This document shows, piece by piece, positions 1-14,000 of a DNA stretch of 64,000 nt. The DNA is from Eledone cirrhosa. Taxonomy: Eukaryota. The translations under genes were made by a program, and so were the position numbers. Below the pieces are notes generated by a model. That model saw only the letters and a list, made by a program, of their open reading frames with translations. It searched no databases and was not told the origin of the DNA. Position 1 is the first letter of the stretch. Each line of letters starts with the position of its first letter. The stretch is taken from the NCBI GenBank assembly GCA_964016885.1, contig OZ024744.1, positions 10,292,001-10,356,000 of the forward strand. Direction: 5' to 3'.

Positions 1-2070
1 TGTTGTTGTACTCCAATATGTTGTGTTGTTGTACTCCAATATGTTGTGTTGTTGTACTCCAATATGTTGTGTTGTTGTACTCCAATATGTCATGTTATAC
101 TCCAATATGTCATGTTGTTTTACTCCAATATGTTGTGTTGTTGCACTCCAATATGTCGTGTTGTTGTACTCCAATATGTTGTGTTGTTGTACTGCAATAT
201 GTTGTGTTGTTATACTCCAATATGCTGTGCTGTTGTACTCCAATATGTTGTGTTGTACTCCAATATGTTGTGTTGTTGTACTCCAATATATCATGTTGTC
301 GTACTCCAATATGTCATGTTATACTCCAATATGTCGTTGTTATACTCCAATATGTCATGTTGCTGTACTCCAATATGTCGTGTTGTTGTACTCCAATATG
401 TTTTGATGTTGTACTCCAATATGTTGTGTTGTTGTACTCCAATATGTTGTGTTGTTATACTCCAATATGTTGTGCTGTTGTACTCCAATATGTCAGGTTG
501 TTGTACTCCGATATTTCGTGTTGTTCTACTCCAATATTTCATGTTGTTTTACTCCAATATGTCGTGGTGTTGTACTCCAATATGTTTTGATGTTGTACTC
601 CAATATGTCGTGTTGTTGTACTCCAATATGTTGTGTTGTTCAACTCCAAAATGCTGTGTTGTTATACTCCTATATGTTGTGTTGTTGTACTCCAATATGT
701 TGTGTTGTACTCCAATATGTTGTGTTGTTATACTCCACAATGTTGTGTTGTTGTACTCCAATAGGTTGTGTTGTTGTACTCCAATATGTGATGTTGTTGT
801 ACTCCAATATGTCGTATTGTTGTACTCCAATATGTTGTGTTGTTATACTCCAATATTTCGTGTTGTTTTACTCCAATATGTCATGTTGTTGTACTCCAAT
901 ATCTCGTGTTGTTGTACTCCAATATGTAATGGTGTTCTACTTCAATATGTCGTATTGTTGTACTCCAATATGTTGTATTGTTGTTCTCCAATATGTCGTG
1001 TTGTTATACTCCAATATGTTATGATGTTGTACTCCAATATATTGTGTTGTTGTACTCCAATATGTTGTGTTGTTGTATTCAATACGCTGTGTTGTTGTAC
1101 TCCAATATGTTGTGTTGTTGTACTCCAATATGTAGTTGTACTCCAATATGTTGTGTTGTTGTACTCCAATATGTTGTGTTGTTATACTCCAATATGTATT
1201 GTTGTTGTAATCCAATATGTTGTGTTGTACTCCAATATATAATGTTGTTGTACTCCAATATGTTGTGTTGTTGTACTCCGATATGTTGTGCTGTTGTACT
1301 CCAATATGTTGTGTTATTGTACTCCAATATGTTGTGTTGTTGTACTCCAATACGTTATGTTGTTGTACTCCAATATTTAGTGCTGTTATACTCCAATATG
1401 TTGTGTTGTTATACTCCAAAAAGTTGTGTTGTTTTACTCCAATATGTTGTGTTGTTATACTCCAGTATGTTGTGTTGTTGTACTCCAATATGTTGTGCTG
1501 TTGTACTCCAATATGTCAGGTTGTTGTACTCCGATATTTCGTGTTGTTCTACTCCAATATTTCGTGTTGTTTTACTCCAATATGTCGTGGTGTTGTACTC
1601 CAATATGTTTTGATGTTGTACTCCAATATGTCGTGTTGTTGTACTCCAATATGTTGTGTTGTTGAACTCCAATATGCTGTGTTGTTATACTCCTAAATGT
1701 TGTGTTGTTGTACTCCAATATGTTGTGTTGTACTCCAATATGTTGTGTTGTTACACTCCACAATGTTGTGTTGTTGTACTCCAAAATGTGATGTTGCTGT
1801 ACTCCAATATGTCGTATTGTTGTACTCCAATATGTTGTGTTGTTATACTCCAATATTTCGTGTTGTTTTACTCCAATGTCATGTTGTTGTACTCCAATAT
1901 TTCGTGTTGTTGTACTCTAATATGTCATGTTGTTGTACTCCAATATTTCGTGTTGTTGTACTCCAATATGTCATGGTGTTGTACTTCAATATGTCGTATT
2001 GTTGTACTCCAGTATGTTATGATGTTGTACTCCAATATATTGTGTTGTTGTACTCCAATATGTTGTGTTG

Positions 2071-5000
2071 TTATACTCCAATATGTTGTGTTATTTTACT
2101 CCAATATGTTGTGTTGTTGTACTCCAATATGTTGTGTTGTTGTACTCCAATATGTTGTGTTGTTGTAATCCAATATCTTGTGTTGTTGTACTCCAATATG
2201 TTGTGTTGTTGTTCTCCAATATGTTGTGTTGTTATACTCCAATATGTTGTGTTGTGATACTCCAATATGTTGTGCTGTTGTACTCCAATATGTGTTGTTG
2301 TTGTACTCCAATATGTTGCGTTGCTGTACTCCAATATATCATGTTGTCGTACTCCAATATGTCATGTTATACTCCAATATGTTTTGATGCTGTACTCCAA
2401 TATGTCGTGTTGTTGTACTACAATATCTTGTGTTGTTGTACTCCAATATGTTGTTTTTTGTACTCCAATATGTCATGTTGTTGTACTCCAGTATGTCTTG
2501 TTATACTCCAATATGTCGTGCTGCTGTACTCCAATATGTCATGATGTTGTACTCCAATATGTTTTGCTGTTGTACTCCAATATGTTGTGTTGCTGTACTC
2601 CAATATGTTGTGTTGTTGTACTCCAATATGTTGTGTTGTTGTAATCCAATATCTTGTGTTGTTATACTCCAATATGTTGTGTTGTTATACTCCAATATGT
2701 TGTGTTGTGATACTCCAATATGTTGTGCTGTTGTACTCCAATATGTTGAGTTGTTATACTCCAATATGTAGTGTTGTTATACTCCAATATGTTGTGTTGT
2801 TGTACTCCAATCTGTTGTGTTATACTCCAATATTTTGTGTTGTTATACTGCAATATGTTGTGTTGTTATACTCCAATATGTTGTGTTGTTATACTCCAAG
2901 ATGTTGTGCTGTGATACTCTAATATGTTGTGTTTTTGTACTCCAATATGTTGTGTTGTACTCCAATATGTTGTGTTGTTATACTCCAATATGCTGTGCTG
3001 TTGTACTCCAATATGTTGTGTTGTACTCCAATATGTTGTGTTGTTGTACTCCAATATATCATGTTGTCGTACTCCAATATGTCATGTTATACTCCAATAT
3101 GTCGTTGTTATACTCCAATATGTCATGTTGCTGTACTCCAATATGTCGTGTTGTTGTACTCCAATATGTTTTGATGTTGTACTCCAATATGTTGTGTTGT
3201 TGTACTCCAATATGTTGTGTTGTTATACTCCAATATGTTGTGCTGTTGTACTCCAATATGTCAGGTTGTTGTACTCCGATATTTCGTGTTGTTCTACTCC
3301 AATATTTCATGTTGTTTTACTCCAATATGTCGTGGTGTTGTACTCCAATATGTTTTGATGTTGTACTCCAATATGTCGTGTTGTTGTACTCCAATATGTT
3401 GTGTTGTTGAACTCCAATATGCTGTGTTGTTATACTCCTATATGTTGTGTTGTTGTACTCCAATATGTTGTGTTGTACTCCAATATGTTGTGTTGTTATA
3501 CTCCACAATGTTGTGTTGTTGTACTCCAATAGGTTATGTTGTTGTACTCCAATATGTGATGTTGTTGTACTCCAATATGTTGTGTTGCTGTACTCCAATA
3601 TGTTGTGTTGTTGTTCTCCAATATGTCGTGTTGTTATACTCCAATATGTTGTGTTATGATACTCCAATATGTTGTGCTGTTGTACTCCAATATGTTGTGT
3701 TGTTGTACTCCAATATGTTGTGTTGTTATACTCCAATATGTTGTGTTGTTATACTCCAATATGTAGTGTTGTTATACTCCAATATGTTGTGTTGTTGTAC
3801 TCCAATCTGTTGTGCTGCTGTACTCCAATATATTGTGTTATACTCCAATATGTTGTGTTGTTGTACTCCAATATGTTGTGTTGTTGTAATCCAAAATGTT
3901 GTGTTGTTATACTCCAATATGTTGTGTTGTAATACTCCAATATGTTGTGCTCCAATATGTTGTGTTATACTCCAATGTGTTGTGTTCTTGTACTCCAATA
4001 TGAAGTGTTGTAATACTCCAATATGTAGTGCTGTTGTTATACTCCAATATGTTGTGTTATAATCCAATGTGTTGTGTTGTTGTACTCCAATCTGTTGTGT
4101 TGTTATACTCCAATCTGTTGTGTTGTTATACTGCAATATGTTGTGTTGTTATACTCCAATATGTTGTGTTGTTATACTCCAAGATGTTGTGCTGTGATAC
4201 TCTAATATGTTGTGTTTTTGTACTCCAATATGTTGTGTTGTTGTACTCCAATATGCTGTGTTGTTGTAATCCAATATCTTGTGCTGTTATACTCCAATAT
4301 GTTGTGTTGTTGTACTCCAATATGTTGTGTTGTTATACTCCAATATGTTGTGTTGTGATACTCCAAAGTGTTGTGCTATTGTACTCCAATATGTTGTGTT
4401 GTTTTACTCCAATAGGTTGCGTTGTTGTACTCCAATCTGTTGTGTTGTTATACTCCAATATGTTGTGTTGTTATACTCCAATATGGTGTGTTGTTTTACT
4501 CCAATATGTTGTGTTGTTGCAATCCAATATGTTTGTGTTGTTTTACTCCAATATGTTGTGTTGTTATACTCAAATATGTTGTGTTGTTGTACTCCAATAT
4601 GGTGTGTTGTTGTACTCCAATATGTTGTGTTGTTGTACTCCAATATGTTGTGTTGTTATACTCCAATATGTTGTGTTGGTGTACTCCAATATGTTGTGCT
4701 GTTGAACTCCAAATCTCGTGTTGTTATACTCCAATGTGTTGTGTTGTTATACTCCAATATGTTGTGTTGTTGTACTCCAATATGTTGTGTTGTTGTACTC
4801 CAATATGTTGTGTTGTTGTACTCCAATATGTTGTGTTGTTGTACTCCAATATGTCATGTTATACTCCAATATGTCATGTTGTTTTACTCCAATATGTTGT
4901 GTTGTTGCACTCCAATATGTCGTGTTGTTGTACTCCAATATGTTGTTTTGTTGTACTGCAATATGTTGTGTTGTTATACTCCAATATGCTGTGCTGTTGT

Positions 5001-8000
5001 ACTCCAATATGTTGTGTTGTACTCCAATATGTTGTGTTGTTGTACTCCAATATATCATGTTGTCGTACTCCAATATGTCATGTTATACTCCAATATGTCG
5101 TTGTTATACTCCAATATGTCATGTTGCTGTACTCCAATATGTCGTGTTGTTGTACTCCAATATGTTTTGATGTTGTACTCCAATATGTTGTGTTGTTGTA
5201 CTCCAATATGTTGTGTTGTTATACTCCAATATGTTGTGCTGTTGTACTCCAATATGTCAGGTTGTTGTACTCCGATATTTCGTGTTGTTCTACTCCAATA
5301 TTTCATGTTGTTTTACTCCAATATGTCGTGGTGTTGTACTCCAATATGTTTTGATGTTGTACTCCAATATGTCGTGTTGTTGTACTCCAATATGTTGTGT
5401 TGTTCAACTCCAAAATGCTGTGTTGTTATACTCCTATATGTTGTGTTGTTGTACTCCAATATGTTGTGTTGTACTCCAATATGTTGTGTTGTTATACTCC
5501 ACAATGTTGTGTTGTTGTACTCCAATAGGTTGTGTTGTTGTACTCCAATATCTCGTGTTGTTGTACTCCAATATGTAATGGTGTTCTACTTCAATATGTC
5601 GTATTGTTGTACTCCAATATGTTGTATTGTTGTTCTCCAATATGTCGTGTTGTTATACTCCAATATGTTATGATGTTGTACTCCAATATATTGTGTTGTT
5701 GTACTCCAATATGTTGTGTTGTTGTATTCAATACGCTGTGTTGTTGTACTCCAATATGTTGTGTTGTTGTACTCCAATATGTAGTTGTACTCCAATATGT
5801 TGTGTTGTTGTACTCCAATATGTTGTGTTGTTATACTCCAATATGTATTGTTGTTGTAATCCAATATGTTGTGTTGTACTCCAATATATAATGTTGTTGT
5901 ACTCCAATATGTTGTGTTGTTGTACTCCGATATGTTGTGCTGTTGTACTCCAATATGTTGTGTTATTGTACTCCAATATGTTGTGTTGTTATACTCCAAT
6001 ACGTTATGTTGTTGTACTCCAATATTTAGTGCTGTTATACTCCAATATGTTGTGTTGTTATACTCCAAAAAGTTGTGTTGTTTTACTCCAATATGTTGTG
6101 TTGTTATACTCCAGTATGTTGTGTTGTTGTACTCCAATATGTTGTGCTGTTGTACTCCAATATGTCAGGTTGTTGTACTCCGATATTTCGTGTTGTTCTA
6201 CTCCAATATTTCGTGTTGTTTTACTCCAATATGTCGTGGTGTTGTACTCCAATATGTTTTGATGTTGTACTCCAATATGTCGTGTTGTTGTACTCCAATA
6301 TGTTGTGTTATTGTACTCCAATATGCTGTGTTGTTATACTCCTAAATGTTGTGTTGTTGTACTCCAATATGTTGTGTTGTACTCCAATATGTTGTGTTGT
6401 TACACTCCACAATGTTGTGTTGTTGTACTCCAAAATGTGATGTTGCTGTACTCCAATATGTCGTATTGTTGTACTCCAATATGTTGTGTTGTTATACTCC
6501 AATATTTCGTGTTGTTTTACTCCAATGTCATGTTGTTGTACTCCAATATTTCGTGTTGTTGTACTCTAATATGTCATGTTGTTGTACTCCAATATTTCGT
6601 GTTGTTGTACTCCAATATGTCATGGTGTTGTACTTCAATATGTCGTATTGTTGTACTCCAGTATGTTATGATGTTGTACTCCAATATATTGTGTTGTTGT
6701 ACTCCAATATGTTGTGTTGTTATACTCCAATATGTTGTGTTATTTTACTCCAATATGTTGTGTTGTTGTACTCCAATATGTTGTGTTGTTGTACTCCAAT
6801 ATGTTGTGTTGTTGTAATCCAATATCTTGTGTTGTTGTACTCCAATATGTTGTGTTGTTGTTCTCCAATATGTTGTGTTGTTATACTCCAATATGTTGTG
6901 TTGTGATACTCCAATATGTTGTGCTGTTGTACTCCAATATGTGTTGTTGTTGTACTCCAATATGTTGCGTTGCTGTACTCCAATATATCATGTTGTCGTA
7001 CTCCAATATGTCATGTTATACTCCAATATGTTTTGATGCTGTACTCCAATATGTCGTGTTGTTGTACTACAATATCTTGTGTTGTTGTACTCCAATATGT
7101 TGTTTTTTGTACTCCAATATGTCATGTTGTTGTACTCCAGTATGTCTTGTTATACTCCAATATGTCGTGCTGCTGTACTCCAATATGTCATGATGTTGTA
7201 CTCCAATATGTTTTGCTGTTGTACTCCAATATGTTGTGTTGCTGTACTCCAATATGTTGTGTTGTTGTACTCCAATATGTTGTGTTGTTGTAATCCAATA
7301 TCTTGTGTTGTTATACTCCAATATGTTGTGTTGTTATACTCCAATATGTTGTGTTGTGATACTCCAATATGTTGTGCTGTTGTACTCCAATATGTTGAGT
7401 TGTTATACTCCAATATGTAGTGTTGTTATACTCCAATATGTTGTGTTGTTGTACTCCAATCTGTTGTGTTATACTCCAATATTTTGTGTTGTTATACTGC
7501 AATATGTTGTGTTGTTATACTCCAATATGTTGTGTTGTTATACTCCAAGATGTTGTGCTGTGATACTCTAATATGTTGTGTTTTTGTACTCCAATATGTT
7601 GTGTTGTTGTACTCCAATATGTTGTGTTGTTGTAATCCAATATCTTGTGCTGTTATACTCCAATATGTTGTGTTGTTGTACTCCAATATGTTGTGTTGTT
7701 ATACTCCAATATGTTGTGTTGTGATACTCCAAAGTGTTGTGCTGTTGTACTCCAATATGTTGTGTTGTTTTACTCCAATAGGTTGCGTTGTTGTACTCCA
7801 ATCTGTTGTGTTGTTATACTCCAATATGGTGTGTTGTTTTACTCCAATATGTTGTGTTGTTGCAATCCAATATGTTTGTGTTGTTTTACTCCAATATGTT
7901 GTGTTGTTATACTCAAATATGTTGTGTTGTTGTACTCCAATATGGTGTGTTGTTGTACTCCAATATGTTGTGTTGTTGTACTCCAATATGTTGTGTTGTT

Positions 8001-11000
8001 ATACTCCAATATGTTGTGTTGGTGTACTCCAATATGTTGTGCTGTTGAACTCCAAATCTCGTGTTGTTATACTCCAATGTGTTGTGTTGTTATACTCCAA
8101 TATGTTGTGTTGTTGTACTCCAATATGTTGTGTTGTTGTACTCCAATATGTTGTGTTGTTGTACTCCAATATGTTGTGTTGTTGTACTCCAATATGTCAT
8201 GTTATACTCCAATATGTCATGTTGTTTTACTCCAATATGTTGTGTTGTTGCACTCCAATATGTCGTGTTGTTGTACTCCAATATGTTGTGTTGTTGTACT
8301 GCAATATGTTGTGTTGTTATACTCCAATATGCTGTGCTGTTGTACTCCAATATGTTGTGTTGTACTCCAATATGTTGTGTTGTTGTACTCCAATATATCA
8401 TGTTGTCGTACTCCAATATGTCATGTTATACTCCAATATGTCGTTGTTATACTCCAATATGTCATGTTGCTGTACTCCAATATGTCGTGTTGTTGTACTC
8501 CAATATGTTTTGATGTTGTACTCCAATATGTTGTGTTGTTGTACTCCAATATGTTGTGTTGTTATACTCCAATATGTTGTGCTGTTGTACTCCAATATGT
8601 CAGGTTGTTGTACTCCGATATTTCGTGTTGTTCTACTCCAATATTTCATGTTGTTTTACTCCAATATGTCGTGGTGTTGTACTCCAATATGTTTTGATGT
8701 TGTACTCCAATATGTCGTGTTGTTGTACTCCAATATGTTGTGTTGTTCAACTCCAAAATGCTGTGTTGTTATACTCCTATATGTTGTGTTGTTGTACTCC
8801 AATATGTTGTGTTGTACTCCAATATGTTGTGTTGTTATACTCCACAATGTTGTGTTGTTGTACTCCAATAGGTTGTGTTGTTGTACTCCAATATCTCGTG
8901 TTGTTGTACTCCAATATGTAATGGTGTTCTACTTCAATATGTCGTATTGTTGTACTCCAATATGTTGTATTGTTGTTCTCCAATATGTCGTGTTGTTATA
9001 CTCCAATATGTTATGATGTTGTACTCCAATATATTGTGTTGTTGTACTCCAATATGTTGTGCTGTTGTACTCCAATATGTCAGGTTGTTGTACTCCGATA
9101 TTTCGTGTTGTTCTACTCCAATATTTCGTGTTGTTTTACTCCAATATGTCGTGGTGTTGTACTCCAATATGTTTTGATGTTGTACTCCAATATGTCGTGT
9201 TGTTGTACTCCAATATGTTGTGTTGTTGAACTCCAATATGCTGTGTTGTTATACTCCTAAATGTTGTGTTGTTGTACTCCAATATGTTGTGTTGTACTCC
9301 AATATGTTGTGTTGTTACACTCCACAATGTTGTGTTGTTGTACTCCAAAATGTGATGTTGCTGTACTCCAATATGTCGTATTGTTGTACTCCAATATGTT
9401 GTGTTGTTATACTCCAATATTTCGTGTTGTTTTACTCCAATGTCATGTTGTTGTACTCCAATATTTCGTGTTGTTGTACTCTAATATGTCATGTTGTTGT
9501 ACTCCAATATTTCGTGTTGTTGTACTCCAATATGTCATGGTGTTGTACTTCAATATGTCGTATTGTTGTACTCCAGTATGTTATGATGTTGTACTCCAAT
9601 ATATTGTGTTGTTGTACTCCAATATGTTGTGTTGTTATACTCCAATATGTTGTGTTATTTTACTCCAATATGTTGTGTTGTTGTACTCCAATATGTTGTG
9701 TTGTTGTACTCCAATATGTTGTGTTGTTGTAATCCAATATCTTGTGTTGTTGTACTCCAATATGTTGTGTTGTTGTTCTCCAATATGTTGTGTTGTTATA
9801 CTCCAATATGTTGTGTTGTGATACTCCAATATGTTGTGCTGTTGTACTCCAATATGTGTTGTTGTTGTACTCCAATATGTTGCGTTGCTGTACTCCAATA
9901 TATCATGTTGTCGTACTCCAATATGTCATGTTATACTCCAATATGTTTTGATGCTGTACTCCAATATGTCGTGTTGTTGTACTACAATATCTTGTGTTGT
10001 TGTACTCCAATATGTTGTTTTTTGTACTCCAATATGTCATGTTGTTGTACTCCAGTATGTCTTGTTATACTCCAATATGTCGTGCTGCTGTACTCCAATA
10101 TGTCATGATGTTGTACTCCAATATGTTTTGCTGTTGTACTCCAATATGTTGTGTTGCTGTACTCCAATATGTTGTGTTGTTGTACTCCAATATGTTGTGT
10201 TGTTGTAATCCAATATCTTGTGTTGTTATACTCCAATATGTTGTGTTGTTATACTCCAATATGTTGTGTTGTGATACTCCAATATGTTGTGCTGTTGTAC
10301 TCCAATATGTTGAGTTGTTATACTCCAATATGTAGTGTTGTTATACTCCAATATGTTGTGTTGTTGTACTCCAATCTGTTGTGTTATACTCCAATATTTT
10401 GTGTTGTTATACTGCAATATGTTGTGTTGTTATACTCCAATATGTTGTGTTGTTATACTCCAAGATGTTGTGCTGTGATACTCTAATATGTTGTGTTTTT
10501 GTACTCCAATATGTTGTGTTGTACTCCAATATGTTGTGTTGTTATACTCCAATATGCTGTGCTGTTGTACTCCAATATGTTGTGTTGTACTCCAATATGT
10601 TGTGTTGTTGTACTCCAATATATCATGTTGTCGTACTCCAATATGTCATGTTATACTCCAATATGTCGTTGTTATACTCCAATATGTCATGTTGCTGTAC
10701 TCCAATATGTCGTGTTGTTGTACTCCAATATGTTTTGATGTTGTACTCCAATATGTTGTGTTGTTGTACTCCAATATGTTGTGTTGTTATACTCCAATAT
10801 GTTGTGCTGTTGTACTCCAATATGTCAGGTTGTTGTACTCCGATATTTCGTGTTGTTCTACTCCAATATTTCATGTTGTTTTACTCCAATATGTCGTGGT
10901 GTTGTACTCCAATATGTTTTGATGTTGTACTCCAATATGTCGTGTTGTTGTACTCCAATATGTTGTGTTGTTGAACTCCAATATGCTGTGTTGTTATACT

Positions 11001-14000
11001 CCTATATGTTGTGTTGTTGTACTCCAATATGTTGTGTTGTACTCCAATATGTTGTGTTGTTATACTCCACAATGTTGTGTTGTTGTACTCCAATAGGTTA
11101 TGTTGTTGTACTCCAATATGTGATGTTGTTGTACTCCAATATGTTGTGTTGCTGTACTCCAATATGTTGTGTTGTTGTTCTCCAATATGTCGTGTTGTTA
11201 TACTCCAATATGTTGTGTTATGATACTCCAATATGTTGTGCTGTTGTACTCCAATATGTTGTGTTGTTGTACTCCAATATGTTGTGTTGTTATACTCCAA
11301 TATGTTGTGTTGTTATACTCCAATATGTAGTGTTGTTATACTCCAATATGTTGTGTTGTTGTACTCCAATCTGTTGTGCTGCTGTACTCCAATATATTGT
11401 GTTATACTCCAATATGTTGTGTTGTTGTACTCCAATATGTTGTGTTGTTGTAATCCAAAATGTTGTGTTGTTATACTCCAATATGTTGTGTTGTAATACT
11501 CCAATATGTTGTGCTCCAATATGTTGTGTTATACTCCAATGTGTTGTGTTCTTGTACTCCAATATGAAGTGTTGTAATACTCCAATATGTAGTGCTGTTG
11601 TTATACTCCAATATGTTGTGTTATAATCCAATGTGTTGTGTTGTTGTACTCCAATCTGTTGTGTTGTTATACTCCAATCTGTTGTGTTGTTATACTGCAA
11701 TATGTTGTGTTGTTATACTCCAATATGTTGTGTTGTTATACTCCAAGATGTTGTGCTGTGATACTCTAATATGTTGTGTTTTTGTACTCCAATATGTTGT
11801 GTTGTTGTACTCCAATATGCTGTGTTGTTGTAATCCAATATCTTGTGCTGTTATACTCCAATATGTTGTGTTGTTGTACTCCAATATGTTGTGTTGTTAT
11901 ACTCCAATATGTTGTGTTGTGATACTCCAAAGTGTTGTGCTATTGTACTCCAATATGTTGTGTTGTTTTACTCCAATAGGTTGCGTTGTTGTACTCCAAT
12001 CTGTTGTGTTGTTATACTCCAATATGTTGTGTTGTTATACTCCAATATGGTGTGTTGTTTTACTCCAATATGTTGTGTTGTTGCAATCCAATATGTTTGT
12101 GTTGTTTTACTCCAATATGTTGTGTTGTTATACTCAAATATGTTGTGTTGTTGTACTCCAATATGGTGTGTTGTTGTACTCCAATATGTTGTGTTGTTGT
12201 ACTCCAATATGTTGTGTTGTTATACTCCAATATGTTGTGTTGGTGTACTCCAATATGTTGTGCTGTTGAACTCCAAATCTCGTGTTGTTATACTCCAATG
12301 TGTTGCGTTGTTATACTCCAATATGTTGTGTTGTTGTACTCCAATATGTTGTGTTGTTGTACTCCAATATGTTGTGTTGTTGTACTCCAATATGTTGTGT
12401 TGTTGTACTCCAATATGTCATGTTATACTCCAATATGTCATGTTGTTTTACTCCAATATGTTGTGTTGTTGCACTCCAATATGTCGTGTTGTTGTACTCC
12501 AATATGTTGTGTTGTTGTACTGCAATATGTTGTGTTGTTATACTCCAATATGCTGTGCTGTTGTACTCCAATATGTTGTGTTGTACTCCAATATGTTGTG
12601 TTGTTGTACTCCAATATATCATGTTGTCGTACTCCAATATGTCATGTTATACTCCAATATGTCGTTGTTATACTCCAATATGTCATGTTGCTGTACTCCA
12701 ATATGTCGTGTTGTTGTACTCCAATATGTTTTGATGTTGTACTCCAATATGTTGTGTTGTTGTACTCCAATATGTTGTGTTGTTATACTCCAATATGTTG
12801 TGCTGTTGTACTCCAATATGTCAGGTTGTTGTACTCCGATATTTCGTGTTGTTCTACTCCAATATTTCATGTTGTTTTACTCCAATATGTCGTGGTGTTG
12901 TACTCCAATATGTTTTGATGTTGTACTCCAATATGTCGTGTTGTTGTACTCCAATATGTTGTGTTGTTCAACTCCAAAATGCTGTGTTGTTATACTCCTA
13001 TATGTTGTGTTGTTGTACTCCAATATGTTGTGTTGTACTCCAATATGTTGTGTTGTTATACTCCACAATGTTGTGTTGTTGTACTCCAATAGGTTGTGTT
13101 GTTGTACTCCAATATGTGATGTTGTTGTACTCCAATATGTCGTATTGTTGTACTCCAATATGTTGTGTTGTTATACTCCAATATTTCGTGTTGTTTTACT
13201 CCAATATGTCATGTTGTTGTACTCCAATATCTCGTGTTGTTGTACTCCAATATGTAATGGTGTTCTACTTCAATATGTCGTATTGTTGTACTCCAATATG
13301 TTGTATTGTTGTTCTCCAATATGTCGTGTTGTTATACTCCAATATGTTATGATGTTGTACTCCAATATATTGTGTTGTTGTACTCCAATATGTTGTGTTG
13401 TTGTATTCAATACGCTGTGTTGTTGTACTCCAATATGTTGTGTTGTTGTACTCCAATATGTAGTTGTACTCCAATATGTTGTGTTGTTGTACTCCAATAT
13501 GTTGTGTTGTTATACTCCAATATGTATTGTTGTTGTAATCCAATATGTTGTGTTGTACTCCAATATATAATGTTGTTGTACTCCAATATGTTGTGTTGTT
13601 GTACTCCGATATGTTGTGCTGTTGTACTCCAATATGTTGTGTTATTGTACTCCAATATGTTGTGTTGTTGTACTCCAATACGTTATGTTGTTGTACTCCA
13701 ATATTTAGTGCTGTTATACTCCAATATGTTGTGTTGTTATACTCCAAAAAGTTGTGTTGTTTTACTCCAATATGTTGTGTTGTTATACTCCAGTATGTTG
13801 TGTTGTTGTACTCCAATATGTTGTGCTGTTGTACTCCAATATGTCAGGTTGTTGTACTCCGATATTTCGTGTTGTTCTACTCCAATATTTCGTGTTGTTT
13901 TACTCCAATATGTCGTGGTGTTGTACTCCAATATGTTTTGATGTTGTACTCCAATATGTCGTGTTGTTGTACTCCAATATGTTGTGTTGTTGAACTCCAA

